Made by a program: the position numbers and the translations under genes. The notes below the pieces were generated by a model that had not been told where the DNA came from, did not search any database, and saw only the letters and a list, made by a program, of their open reading frames with translations. Of a DNA stretch of 64,000 nucleotides, positions 47,501-60,950 are shown in pieces; position 1 is the first letter of the stretch; each line of letters begins with the position of its first letter. Source of the stretch: Podarcis muralis (lineage: Eukaryota). The stretch lies in contig NC_135656.1 in the NCBI RefSeq assembly GCF_964188315.1, positions 74,276,001 to 74,340,000 of the forward strand, read 5' to 3'.

Positions 47501-48826
47501 TAGAGGATTCTCTCCCAACCTGGAAGCAAACCCATCATTTGATGGTAGCTGGGGGTTGGCTCTGGGTCTTAATAATTTCCTTTCAAAGAGCCAGGCAGAA
47601 GATTACATGACCTTGATGGAATAGTGGAAGAGACCAGGAACAGAAGGCAGAGAGGATGGCAGGGGAGGGCCAGGCAAAAGACAGAATGTATTTGTCGTTC
47701 TCGTGTTTTCTAAGCAAAAGCCCCCTGTTTGAAGCTGCAAGCTACCTCTATGGCTACAGGAGGTTGTCTAGAGTAGGCCCAGGGCTACACCTGCCTGTGT
47801 GAGGATGTGGCTGAGTTGCATTTTCACATACCCAAGTGTCACCCAAAGTATCTGCTAGCTTGCAGCTCTGAAAAGGGGCTAAGCAGTGCAGCGGCTTGCT
47901 AATCCAGCTAGCACTCTCAAAGATTATAGAACCAAATCTGGTAATACTATATCATGCAGGGGAATCTGCAGCTGAATTTCACATGACCCAATTCCCATGA
48001 GTCTTGCATTAAAAATAAAGTGGCTGTAAAAAAGAAAAGAAAAGTGAGTGATAAATATTTTAGTAGGGCTCCAGACACATTTTCCTTGCAAAATGGATAT
48101 AAACTTTAATCCGTTTATTAGTTGGAAAAGTGAAAGGAAATACTTTAAGGACTGCGTCCTCTGTTCTCTTGAAACTGTGTAAACTGAACAGAGAATTATG
48201 GTTTGTGGAAGAATGTGGTATAAGGCATCTACTGAAAAAATGGGGTTGATACAGCCATGTTACTGAAGAAGTAAACAAGGGGTAAAAGTTAGGGCTGATG
48301 CAATACATTTTGGCACCTACAAAATGGTGCCCCCCCCCCCCCAATTTTGGTGAGTGAAGATCTACACTGGGAACAATGGGGAGAATCAAGTCAACCTTAC
48401 CTGACAATTGAATTGGGATTCAAGGCCATTGTTGGAGGAAAGGAGCCCACTCTGGATCACGCTTGGCTGGTGCAGAAGACCCCAGAGGGCAGTCCCTGCC
48501 ATTTCCTCCCTAGGGTGTGGGAGGAAACCAGCAGTGCCTCCTATTTACCAAGAGACCACTGTAGTGGCAGCATTGGGTGGGCGTTACCAAGGCGGCAGAT
48601 CTGACTTCCAAGGAGCGTGTGATGTGTTTCTTTGAGGCAAGATCTGTCACCCCTGTGAATCCTGCCGCCCGAGGTGATCTTGCCTTGTGGGTAGGCCAGC
48701 CCTCGTAAAAATGTATGAGTAGCTTGAAATGAACATAACAGGATAGTTATAGCTGTAACATGATTTGCTTTTTGCATATAGCTGCTAAACAACAGTATAT
48801 TTTCAGTTTACCAAAGCCCCCAATAC

Positions 48827-49735
48827 TAGGGTTCCCATATTTCAAAAAGTGAAAATCTGGACAGAAAAGTTGCTGAGTGGTTTTTTGGGGGGTGTGGTTT
48901 TTTTTTGTTGTTGTTTTTTTTGCAAAATAAATTGGACGTTTTTTAGCCATTCCTGAGGAAAATTGGCAAAAATGACACTGCATCCGGATTTTCCAAGACA
49001 TTTTCTGCCCGGACACTGCTTGGTTTTTTTTTATTTTATATATGACTATTTATTGAATTTTATAACAAATAATGATACAAATCTCATTCATCACGTTATA
49101 TATAATTATTCTCCCTCCCCTCCTCTGGACTTCCTTCAACTCCCCCTCTGCTGAGTTATTTAGTTTTATTTATTGTATCCTGCTTTTCCTACACAAAAAT
49201 AAAATCCCTTATCATTTCTCTAAAATATCTGCTACTCAAATTAAATTGTGAACGTTTATTCAAATCCTGCCAGTGAATCCACTCCATTCTGTTGTTTCTG
49301 CAAAAAAACTGTAAATGCTTCCCAGACTCTTTTGAAGTCCTTTTTGTCCTTCTCTCATCGTTTGTCTGTTAGCTTAGCCAATTCTGCATAGTTCATCAGT
49401 TTTTCTTGCCATTGTTCCTTTGATGGTATTTCTTCCGTCTTCCAGTATTGTGCAATCAAGATTTTTGCTCCTGTTGTAGCATACATAAATAATGTCCATT
49501 TTTCTTTTGGTAACTCTTGACTTGAGATACCTAACAAAAAGGCTTCAGGATGTTTAACAAAATTCATTTAAATTTTTTTTTCAATTCATTGTATATCATT
49601 CCCCAATATTTTTTTTAATGCATTCACATTCCCTGCACATATGATAAATAAAATGTTCCTTCCTTTTCCTTACATCTGCTTAAGGCTGCAGTATTCCAGA
49701 TATGTCCAGGAAATTCTGGACATATGGCAACCCTG
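48827..49735. mobile_element. hAT (Blackjack-like) MITE containing a nested L1
   Basis: Termini tagggttcccatat / atatggcaaccctg, with an imperfect flanking duplication (caatac). Confidence 0.65.
49021..49685 (-). mobile_element. 5'-truncated L1 (ORF2 C-terminus and 3'UTR)
   Basis: The minus strand reads CKEKEGTFY... then ORF 49355..49567 KHPEAFLLG...FMYATTGAKILIAQYWK. Poly-T at 49024. Confidence 0.85.
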
Positions 49736-52320
49736 CAATACATTCGTGGATTATTAACAGAGCTGAGACGACGACGACGACTACTACTAATAATTTTTAT
49801 TATTTGTACCCCGCCCATCTGACTGGGTTGCCCCAGCCATTCTGGGCGGCTTCCAACAAAGTATTAAAAACAGTGAGACATCAAACATTAAAAAATTCCC
49901 TATACTAACGCACGATGATGTCCCTTCCTGATGAAACCATAGAGTCCTTTTCATCAGATGCATGAAGTGTAAAGTGACAGCAATAAGGGATTATACGTAA
50001 TCCAAAAAACTAGTAAAAATTAGCTGTGGAAAACCCACCTAAGAGGGTACAAACTCTAGCCCCAAATTCTAAGTTATTTTGATGTTTACTGTGTCTGATG
50101 CATTTCTGGTTTATCATAAAGTAAGAGGAAACTGTGAGTGCAAGAGCATAATTCAGAGTCAATCCTCAGAGTCTTTGTTTTGGTTTGACATGTCCCTCCC
50201 TGCCCTGCATTCATAATACATCTAAATGACAGCCCTTTGGAATGAGCTTTATAGAGCAGCTACACTTAATAGAAGGGTTTGGCTAGTTCCTGTCTCTGTT
50301 CCTTTGTTTTCACTTTTGGAATGATAATCTGATTAGGTGAGGCTACTACCTTCCCTGAAAAGCTGGCTCAGTGCCTGACACCTCAACTCAAAGGCCTAGA
50401 ATTCTTCAAAAGCGCTTAGCATACATCGCAGGTTACGGTTATCTTCTATAAGAAACTTTCCACTAAACTCCCAACCTGTCGTACAATTGCCAAGATAGGA
50501 AGAGAAACAAAGAAAATGTCCAGTGAAGTGTGGAAAACAGAAAACTTCTCTTTGCTGTATATCAGATCTGTGAAACCAGATTAATACAACAGCTGTTCAA
50601 AAACCACTGGATGCCCCAGAGGCTAAGAATTCTGCCCCCTCCCGTACTGGCAGTGTGGTCATCAAGAAAGCACTTTAGGGCACCTGATGTTGAATTACCC
50701 AGCAGTGTGTGCTTTGGATGTGGAGTGTATGTTTGAACTTTAGAATCATGTTGTCTTTTCACGTGCGAACTGCAACCCTATTAAACACTGGCATTCCTAG
50801 CGTGCAGAATCAAGATACATGTCATATCCGGCTAATTTTTCAGAGCTGGAAGATATGGACACCTTCAGTCATTCACCAGAACACAGAGAATCTGATTAAT
50901 TTTTCCATTTATGGTGGTAGAGAACACATACCGGTATTTGAAGGAGCCCTCTGTTTGAAGCCCCAAGTCCTTGTAATGACGAAAGACAAGGAGGAGGGAG
51001 GCCACCTGGTCACAGTCTTCCCACCGTGGTGAGTTGTATTGTATCTCCATTCAAACTATATGGAGGAATTCAGCGTTGCGCTGTTGTGATTGTTCAGTCA
51101 CCACAAGCATTTATGCTTGTTGGATGGAGTGGTCTTCCCTCTCCTTCCCCCATTCTCCTGACGCCTCAGAGCTCGGGGGAAATTCGGAAGAAATTCCATT
51201 GCATTGTGCCGGCTCCCACTAGGGCTGAAGATTCATTATTTTATCATTTGTGCCTGTGCATGTTGAATCAGCATATGTGAATATGAAGGGAATCTGTGTC
51301 ATATCTGTCCTGGTGCAACGAGTTCCCCCCTCTCCTTTCCCTGCATGCTCCCCTATGCCGCTGAAACTGGCTCTAGGAAGGCTCAGGAGAACCCCCAGAA
51401 CAGCACACAGATGGAGGAAAGGTGGGGTTCTTTTGTCTGGCCAGCTGGGATGCTTGTGCTGATAAAACAATTAGAAGAGTGTGACATCGGATTCCTCCCT
51501 TATTGTGGCATATGAACTGGTCATATAAACTCCTCTTCCTGGGTTTCTGTTGGTCACAGCTTAGGTTTTTACTTGTCAACAGAGAGATACTATGAGCAGC
51601 TTATCTGCTGGGCTTTCTTCCCCTCTCCCCTCCTCCCTTTTTCCTTAAAATTGCAGCCTGTTTCCTTTGCCTCTATTTTTGCCAGACACCCCACTGTCTT
51701 TTCCCCATGCTATAATGCTTTTTTAAACTTATAATTGCCTTGCACAATCAGCTCTTTTGAAAATCAAGGTACAGTTGAGCTTGCATACATCTGATACCTT
51801 TAAATTACATTCAAAGCACACCCACACCCACCCACCCACCCAGAATTCTGGGCACTGTAGCTTGTTCAGGATTGTTGGGGATTCTGTGACAGGTAAACTG
51901 CAGTGCCTACAATAGAAGCTACTCAGACTGATTCTTTGAAACCTGATGAGAGTTTGGGAAGTTGTCTGTAATTGGCCATGGTCCACTGTTTTTGAAATAT
52001 TGCGTAGGGCAATCCTGGTCAGACTGACCTCAGGCCTGCTGTGTCAAGCTGGTCGGAGTAGGAACTCCTCTTTCTGCTTCTAGCTTTTCTCTGGGGGGTT
52101 GGGGAGACACACTCAGCTACTTTAAATTCTTTACTTTCTCCACTGATGTCCATGCTTAGCTAATCAACATATATGTCATTCACCGGCCATCCTGCATTGC
52201 GGGTCGCAAAAGACTCCTTTAATGTTTGTGCCCTTGAATGTTTTGGGAGAAAACGTTTGAGTCTGTGACATTAGGAGTTTTTAAATACAGCACTTAGTAG
52301 CCATTAACTCTTTCCCCACT

Positions 52321-53310
52321 TATTATCAATTATTATTAATTGAGTTTATATACCGCCCTATATTGAGGCGGTTCACAGAATAAAATCAAAATATAAAACC
52401 ACAGAATACATAATCAAAACAACAACAACAATAACCCATTAAACCCCCCCACCCCATATTTTAAAAGGGCATAGGATGTCAATCAAATCAACCAAAGGCC
52501 TGGTTAAAAAGGAACGTTTTTGCCTGGCACATCAAGGTGCATAATGAAGATGCCAGGTGAACTTCCCTGGGGAGAGCATTCCACAGACGGGGAGCCACTG
52601 CAGAGAAGGCCCGTTCTCATGTTGCCACCCTCCGGACCTCCACACACAAAGAAGGGCCTCAGAAGATGATGTCAGGGTCTGGGTATGGGAAGAGGCGGTC
52701 CTTGAGGTACTGTGGTCCCGAGCTGTTTAAGGCTTTATAGTCAAAACCAGCACTTTGAATGGGGTCCAGGCCTGTGCAGTCAGACCAGGATTGGTGTAAT
52801 ATGCTCAAACCGTCTTGCTCTGGTAAGCAATCTAGCCGCTGAATTCTGCACTAGCTGAAGTTTCCGAACCGTCTTCAGAGGCAGCCCGATGTATACATTG
52901 CCATAATCTAACCTTGAAGTTACCAGAGCACAGACAACAGTAGTTAGGCTATCGCTGTCCAGAGAGCGGCGTAGCTGGGCCACCATCCGAAGCTGATGGA
53001 AGGCACTCTGGGCCACTGAGGCTACCTGAGCCCTTGAGTGTCAGCAAAGGATCCAGGAGTACCCACAAGCTATGAACTTGCTCCTTCAGAGGAAGTGTAA
53101 CCCCATCAAGAGCAGGCGACCCATCAGGTCTAGGGAACCACTCACTAACAGTGCCTCAGTCTTATCTGTACTGAGCTTCAGTTTGTTGGCTCTCATCCAG
53201 TCCATTACTGAGGCAAGACACTGGTCCAGCAGTTCCACTGCCCCACCTGCAGATGTAAAGGAGAAATAGAGCTGAGTGTCATCAGCATACTGCTGACAAC
53301 GTTGGCTCAT
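52321..53310 (-). mobile_element. L2 LINE 3' part (RT YADD motif to tail)
   Basis: Minus-strand ORFs give QQYADDTQLYFSF...LASVMDWMRANKLKL and VTSRLDYGN...LQLVQNSAARLLT. (ATT)-type tail at ~52321-52340. Confidence 0.9.
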
Positions 53311-53534
53311 GTTGGCTCATGGGATGGCTTCCGCCCACTGAGTTTGTCCAGTCCTGTTCCGACAGGTCTCTTCATCTGGCGCAAACTTACTGCTGCTTCC
53401 TCTCTGTCTCCAGTTTGCGTAGGAGGTGTTCGTCTTTCTTAACTTGTGCTGACTTCAGTGTGTGCCCAAACATGTACTGATAACCCACTTTAGGACTCAA
53501 ACTCTCCTGCGATTATTTATGCACTGAGATGACT

Positions 53535-53569
<35 letters not shown>
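53535..53569. repeat. (GTT)n microsatellite
   Basis: Direct reading of the sequence. Confidence 0.95.
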
Positions 53570-54229
53570 AATGGAAGCATGTAGACATCTGAAGGGTGTG
53601 GAGTGGGGGCTGTTATTTAAGGCAGATGAAGCAACGTTTTTTTTCATTTTCATACAAAAGCTGACTCAAGTTACTGCATAATAGACAATATGTCAAGTAT
53701 GGAGCATTTCTCAGAAAAGACATTGCCTTTCCTGGGGCTGAGTTTGTCACTGGGAAATGAATCTGAAAGAGGAAGGGGGGACACCCAAAAAACCACAACC
53801 AATGGTCTATGTTGCAGATATTTGAAACAAGGAAAGACCGGCCACTCTTTTGTGAAAGATAGCCAAGTTTCAAACAGAGGCAGACGAAAAAGGTAAAATT
53901 CCCTCCAGTTCAGGTCTGAATATCTGGGACTTGGGGCGCTTCCAGATATTGGATTTTCCACCGTCTCCTTCCACCTGCACACACTGAAAAGACTCTCCTC
54001 AGAAACGTGTTGTGCGGCAGCTACAGAGTGGGGATGAGGAAATTTTATTTATTCTTATTTATAGAACACTTTTAATCATAGATAGTCACGAAGTGGTTTA
54101 CACAAGAATCAATGAAACAAATCTGTCAACCAAAATAATGTGGTGTTTAAACAGGACTTTATTCAGGTGGAACTCACCAGAACTCAATTCTAGCATCTCT
54201 CAGGTGGCATTATAAGATAACAAGGGAGG

Positions 54230-54447
54230 CGTTCATGGTGATTTCCAGTGCCTTGTTTTCTAAAAAAACAACACTGGGGAAAACTTTCTGTCAGTAAGAA
54301 CTGTTTGACAGTGGGATTGACTCCCTTCAAAGGTGGTGGACTCTCCTTCTTGGAGGTTGTAAAGCAGAGGCTGGATGGCCATCTGTCATGCGTGCTTTAG
54401 TTGAAATTCCCTCATGACCCTCGGGGTCTCTCCCAACTCTATGATTT
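54230..54447 (+). mobile_element. CR1 3' end fragment
   Basis: ctttctgtcagtaaga...ggtggactctccttc...aagcagaggctggatggccatctgtca...caactctatgatt. Confidence 0.75.
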
Positions 54448-54753
54448 AAAACACATTCAACACACATTTAAAGCACATGGCTTCTCCCAAAGAATCTTCT
54501 GTTCATTAAGGGCCCTGGGAAGTGTGGCTATGTGAACTACAGTCGCCAGGATTCTTTGGAGGAGACACCTGTGTTAAATCTGCATCTAAAGTGCTTTAAA
54601 TGTGGGATGTGAATCTGCTTAGTCTCTTTTAATTAGACATTAAATGGGTGGCAACATTGTTAAACAACCAGGAAATGTTGTCTTAAATGGTTTATAATAA
54701 TGATCTAATGAATTTACATTTGAATCATCACATTCTGAATTTTTAAATCAATG

Positions 54754-54803
<50 letters not shown>

Positions 54804-54883
54804 TTTCGTAGATTTTCACGGGTACATGAATGCAGGTTTTGGTGTTCTCGGGTGTCTTCCCATGTAAAAGTTGGGGTGTCTAG

Positions 54884-54921
54884 GCGACGTTTCGACGAGG
54901 TCTCACTCGTCATCTTCAGGC
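54884..54921 (-). ncRNA. Mirror-image minimal hammerhead motif on the minus strand
   Basis: Exact reverse complement of 54988-55025. Confidence 0.65.
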
Positions 54922-54987
54922 TGGTGCTTTCGGCTTCTTGTTACTGGAACAGAGCTCTGTTCCAGTAACAAGAAGCCGAAAGCACCA

Positions 54988-55025
54988 GCCTGAAGATGAC
55001 GAGTGAGACCTCGTCGAAACGTCGC
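54988..55025 (+). ncRNA. Minimal type-I hammerhead ribozyme motif (PLE-type)
   Basis: CUGAAGA (54990-96), one extra U, stem II GACGAG/CUCGUC with a UGAGAC loop, GAAAC (55016-20), GUC triplet (55021-23). Helix III is the palindrome ACGU. Helix I has only 2 clear base pairs. Confidence 0.65.
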
Positions 55026-56083
55026 CTAGACACCCCAACTTTTACACGGGAAGACACCCGAGAACACCAAAACCTGCATATATATATATATATATATATA
55101 TATTCAAAAATCTTACATTGCAAAGCCCCCACCCCCACCCCACCCTGAGGCTGTTTTAGCATGCTGGAGATGTAATCCATGTGACCTAAGAATGTTATTT
55201 TCAGGATGTACAAACTGTCGTTATTATTATTTACATGAAACAAGATTCTGTTCCTCATAAAGGTATGTTTCCTCCACTGATGCTCTTGGAAGCTATGCAA
55301 AGCTGCTATCTTAGCCGGAACACTTTCTCCAAGGGAGAGGCCTCTTTTACTTGTAGGTCAATGAAGACGCATGCTTGTTAAGCTAGATGAGTGCTATTAG
55401 CCAAGTCTATCAGCAGTGAAAGCGGAGGAATGAGTGCTGAGAGCAAAAGCCAAATTATGATGCTTCTCATTATGAGACTGAATAGCTCCTGCCCACACAT
55501 TACCTGGCTTTCACCACCATCATTAGTGCCTTGTCTTCATGGGAACTAACTTCCTCTCCAAGTTTTAGGTAACAGATGATCTAACCAGTTGAGTGACTGG
55601 GCACACCCTTCAGGGCAGAACAAGAAAGGCTTTCTCTTCTGCTTAGCTGCTGTAATCATAGATCTACAACTGACTGACACATAACAAACATGCAATACCA
55701 TTTTATTTGTTTCAGGAATTTTTACCCTGGCTCTTCAGGAAAATAAAAAGAAGAAGGAAGGGGGGGGGGCTCTCGGAGTAGCTTACTAATCAATAAAAGC
55801 AAGACAATCTCTACCCACAGTTTTACAATCTAAAATAAATGACATAAAAGGAAAATGGATTGGGAAGGAAGAAGAAATAAGCAAACTCAGGTACCAGTTT
55901 CTTGTTACAAATCCTTGTTCTTTTAATACTAAATTTCATCTGCCTCTCACTTTAAAAAGGTATCAGAACGACTTGACAATATAAAATGCAGCATACAAAT
56001 ACATGTTAAAGCCAGGAAAATTCAAAATGATGACAGATTAACATAAAATGCTCATCCACCAATATATTGATAAGGACCAAGAC

Positions 56084-56325
56084 CAGGGGTCAGCAAACTT
56101 TTTCAGCACAGGGCCAGTCCACTGTCCCTCAGACCTCAGACTACATTTTGAAAAAAAAGAAAAGAATGAATTCCTATGCCCCACAAATAACCCAGAGATG
56201 CATTTTAAATAAAAGCACACATTCTACTCATGTAAAAACATGCTGATTCCCAGACTGTCCGCGGGCCGGATTGAGAAGGTGATTGGGCCGGGTCCGGCCC
56301 CCAAGCCTCAGTTTGCCTACCCATG
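56084..56325. mobile_element. hAT-Charlie-like non-autonomous element
   Basis: Termini CAGGGGTCAGCAAAC / GTTTGCCTACCCATG, subterminal GCGGGCCGG motifs, and a degenerate TSD (accaagac / gactagac). Confidence 0.75.
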
Positions 56326-59300
56326 GACTAGACCTACCTACCCACCCCACTGAAAGATGAGCACCATCATGGGAGGCAGTATTAATGACAGAGGCAGATT
56401 TAGGGGGCATAGAAGTTTGGGGGTGCTGCCAGGGACACCACAACTATTATTTAGAATGGAGTGCGAGAGGTGGAGGGACACCAAATTTTAGTGCCACACT
56501 GTCTCTGAGTGGACCTGCATCCCTTCCTTTGCTACATCCTGATGGGGTACAGCTGCTGGAGGGAAGATCCTGGTTCCCCAGCAGAGCTGATGGTAGCCCT
56601 GCATCTGTTTTCTTCTCTTCCTGGAGTGATTGGGTTGCATTCAACAAAGTTCTGATCTGAGCAGACTTAAGTTAGTCATGCCCACTAATTTCACTGGATC
56701 TACTGTGACTAACTTTAGATACCAGATTATGAGGATGATGATGATGATACGGAAAAGGGCAGCAGCAAAAATGCAAATGGCAGCACACGGAAGGACACAC
56801 GGAGGCAAAATTCTGCTTTCTTGCTTCTGAGATATTTAAAGGGGGGCATTTGCTTCCCTCCTTGCCTTATTGTCAGCCTCCATTTTGTGTGTGTCAAAAT
56901 TTGTCCTTTTCTCCATTTGAACAAGGCTTCCAATTTCTTTATATGAAAAAGGCTTCTTGACTTTGCTGTTCATATTATATTACGCTGTCAGAAAAGGAGG
57001 AGGTTATGATATTTGTATCTGATGTTTGGTAGGGCCAAATAGTTCTACCATGGCTTTGCATGGAGTTCACAATACATTTCTCATCTATGGATGCAATGTC
57101 ATGAGCCAGATGCACAGTTTGCCCATCTCCATTTGGCCTATGCATGTGCTAGATACTTCTTATCAGCGGGGAGCCACCTCGAAAGAAGATCTGATCATGC
57201 TCCTAGCAAGGCCTGAGGGTGTTGACAAGGAAGAGGAACAAGAGGAGAAGGTAGTTTTTCAATGAAAGGAAGGAAGGAGGGTGTGAAACCACTTTATTGA
57301 ATCGTTATTCCTTGGGTAATAAGCATGTTCACTGCAACTCTTGCTTATTGTGTAAATCAATAAACTAGTATTACTTCATGTATCTGCTAAAGTGGACTCC
57401 ATTCTAAAAAAGCATGTCCCATAATACATTTGTGAGTCTTTAAGATAACACAAGACTCTTCATGGTTTTTGCATTTAACTTTCAGGAGAGAACTGGAAGA
57501 ATAAAACTTCCATTTGTGGTAGCTGCTCAGGCAGACACTTTTTGAAACTGGGCATGATATCATTGTGGTTTACTGCTGATGATAATACTGCATTCTGGTT
57601 GGTCTCTTGGGATTCACAGAAAGCACACCTCTTAGTAGTAGAGAAAAGTTTGTTTTAAATAACCTACAGGTGTACGTTTTGGGCTGTGCAACCAATCAGG
57701 CTGAATTCCAAACCAAATCGGAATAATTTGGACTGAATTGGGGCTCTTATGGATTGGCAGTCCTGTATCACCTTGGGAAAAAAGGAGGGGGGAAGATATT
57801 AAACATGCAGTGGGGCGGTGAGCAAGGAGAAGAAGATGACGCAGGTGAGACTCTCTGTCTGCATCATAGATTACTTCGCCTCCACCCTGCCTGATCCCAA
57901 GGTTGTATAAGGTCCAAATTTAGTTTGAGGCTTGGAGCAATCAGGCCTGAATCGGGGCCCAATCAGGACCACCAAATTCAGCCTTGCCTGAACCCAATTG
58001 GTGCTTTGTACATGCTGTGTACATGTTCTTAGTATAGAGGTGTCAAAGATAAGATCCATCTATACTTTAATTAATAGTTTTAAACCCTTCCAACTCTACA
58101 AGTCTATGATTCTATGAAATTACGCCATTGGTTTTCAGCCCCCTCCCATACAAATTGTTAATTGTAACTGGAAACAATTTCAGTCAAATTTAAACACACC
58201 TAGGCCTGAATGGTTGTGTTTATCAATATCTCTCAGTTCCACAGAGGGACCAGTTCCTTTTACTATATTGTAATGTTGTGGCAAAGTGCTGTTAACACAG
58301 TTCTTGCATGAAAATTATGATATAGGATGGCCTTTAACATCTCCATCTCTATTCATCTGCTGGGAAGCTCCCATGAATCTGTTCATTTTGAGAGGACTTC
58401 TGTGTACGAGAACACCTTGGAGGGTTGTGTGGAAGAGGTCCCTTATACCAGGGGTGCTGAGCATTTTTCAGCTCAAGGGCACCTCTCTGTCCCCCATCTA
58501 GACAAGCAAGAGGCATATCAGAGTTCAGGTACACATTTCAGCCAGGCAAAAACACTTGGGGTGAGAAGCAGGGTCAGTGCAGGATGTGGCCTGGGAATTG
58601 TTCAAGGGTCAGATAGAGGTCTGGAGGTCCATATTTGTGCTTAGCACTGAGGTTCCCCACTCCTGCTGTATGTCATTGATTCTCTGATTTCTGGTGGTGA
58701 TGCCTTAGCACTCTTTTGAAAAAGACATGGAATTGTTTGCAACGAGTGTTTGGAGTAGAATCATGTCAACACTTTAGCCCGTACTTGGTTCCACCCGAGT
58801 TCCTACATTTTTGTCAATTGGTTTAAAGATGGTTATGAACTATTGCATATCATCTGAAGACGAGCAAGGTTGAAAAGTCTAAATAAATAAGTGTACGGTA
58901 AGAGTAGGAGTCAATGTAATTAAGTTTCTGTAGGGTTATAAGGGGATAAATTCTGCAATGCAATGGTTATTGAGCTAATGCTCTAACACAGTTGAACAAT
59001 TAGGGTGTGTGCTCCTATTATTTTACTTAAGCAAAGTATAATACCACACCCCGAAGTAATGTTGCAAGTTCTTGAGAACTAGCAATGTCTGGCCAGCATG
59101 TCCACACACGTTTATACTTGTTAAAATACCATCCTCCTCCTGTCTCTTTGGCCCATGAGAACATGTTTAGTGACCCACTTGTTGGTTAGGTTCCATATAT
59201 TTTATTGCCTTTCCAGACTATTTTTCTGTTTTCTTAAGCTGTCACATTAGTGATGATTAACAAAACAAAACAGAGAATTTAGTGTTGTAAATCACGACGT

Positions 59301-59602
59301 AGCTTGTTTGGAAGTTTCTTAATGTGAAGATTTGGACTGGCGATGACAGTAATGACCTGACCCCATTGTTTGATCAAGTAAATGACTGCTTAGAATGGGG
59401 TATACAGGCTACTGCACCAAAATAAGGGCAAAAATTATAAACTTATAGCAAGGGACTGATTTCCTGGCACAAATATTTAAGATAACAAGAACTGCTTTGT
59501 GAGAGCAAACCATTTCTCTCAGCATTTTGTCTCCAGCAATGGACAGCTGGATTCCTCTGGGATCTTCATGAGCAACGTATATGAGTACTATGGTAATAAA
59601 CC

Positions 59603-60385
59603 AGGGGACACCTGGCTTACTAGCAGCACTTGTGAAAAGGATCTAGGGGTCTTGGTGGACCCCAAGCTCAATGTGAGTCAACATTGTGATGCAGCAACAA
59701 AACAAAAAAAAGCTGACACTTCTAGGCTGCATCAACTGAACTGTAATGTCCAGATCAAGGGAAGTAATGACCGCTCTCTGCATCAAATGGAGGGCGCCCT
59801 TTGCGTGCCCGCGTGCAGCATCCCCGATCCTACGTGACTCCTGGCAGAGTCCTCCTGGACTGCCTCTATTCTGCCTTAGTCAGACCACACCTGGAATACA
59901 GTGTCCAATTCTGGGTGCCACAATTTCAGGATGTTGACAAGCTGGAACGTGTGCAACTAGGATGATGAAGGGTCTAGAAGCCAAGCCTTATGAGGAACGG
60001 TTGAAGGAGCTGGGTATGTTTAGCATGGAAAAGAGAAGACGAGAGGAGATATGATAGCCATCTTCAAATATCTCAAGGGCTGTCACATGGAAGAGGGAAC
60101 ATGCTTGTTTTCTTCTGCTCTGGAAGTTAGGACTCGAACCAATGGCTTCAAATTACAAGAAAGGAGATTCCAGCTAAACATTCAGAAAAAGCTTTCTGAC
60201 AGTAAGAGCTGTCTGACAATTGAACAGTCTCCCTTGGGAGGTTGTGGACTCTCCTTCCTTGGGGGTTTTTAAGCAGAGGTTGGATGGTCATCTGTCATGG
60301 ATGCTTTAGTTGAGATTCCTGCATCGCAGGGAGTTGGACTAGATGAGCCTTGGGTCCCTTCCACTCTAAGATTCTATGATTCTAT
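59603..60385 (+). mobile_element. CR1 3' part (decayed ORF2 C-terminus and (ATTCTATG)n tail)
   Basis: [22 protein letters not shown]... and [16 protein letters not shown]...NGFKLQERRF. Tail gattctatgattctatga. Carries a ~90-bp non-CR1 insert at ~59775-59862. Confidence 0.88.
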
Positions 60386-60389
60386 GAAT

Positions 60390-60950
60390 TATGCACTGTA
60401 CTCCAAGTGTGGATTGACATATTCATAGAGTTGTGCACCATGATCCCATAGTCGTGTTCCTGGTCAGACATTGCCTGTTCAGACCCCATGAACATATATG
60501 TGACATTTATTAAGCTAGCTTCCTGTAATTTCCAGGAACCCCTCTGGATCCCTTTAAAAAATGGTGTTATATTGGCCACTTTCCAATCCTCTGGTATGAA
60601 GACTAATCTGAGTGACATGTTACATATTTTTGTACATATATCAAATTCCACATTTGAGGGTTTTTTTTAAGAAATCTCAAGTGGATGCCGTCTGGAACTG
60701 GAGACTTGGCAGTTTTTATTTTGTCTATTAGACCTAGAGCTTTGTCTCTTATCACCACTATTTGCCTCAGTTCCTCATACTCCCTTCCTGCAAAGTTTAG
60801 TTAGGCACAGCATTCTGCCATATATCTTCTGCAGTGAAGACAGACACAAATAATTTATTTAGTTATTCTGCAATCCCCTTATCTTCTATTAGCACATATT
60901 TGACTCCCTTGTCATCCAAGGGTCCAACTGCTTCCTTAGCTGTTCTCTTG
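60390..60950 (-). mobile_element. Older CR1 ORF2 fragments, minus strand
   Basis: Minus-strand IPEDWKVANITPFFKG motif and a degenerate endonuclease-RT linker. Confidence 0.65.

Larger units (their letters stand above)
54801..55079. mobile_element. Penelope-like element: inverted pair of pseudo-LTR termini forming a 250-bp palindrome, embedded in (TA)n
   Basis: 54830-55079 is self-complementary about GAGCTC (54952-57), with one mismatch (54862/55047). It contains CTGAAGA-stem-GAAACGTC on both strands. Flanked by (TA)~21 and (TA)~12. Confidence 0.8.
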
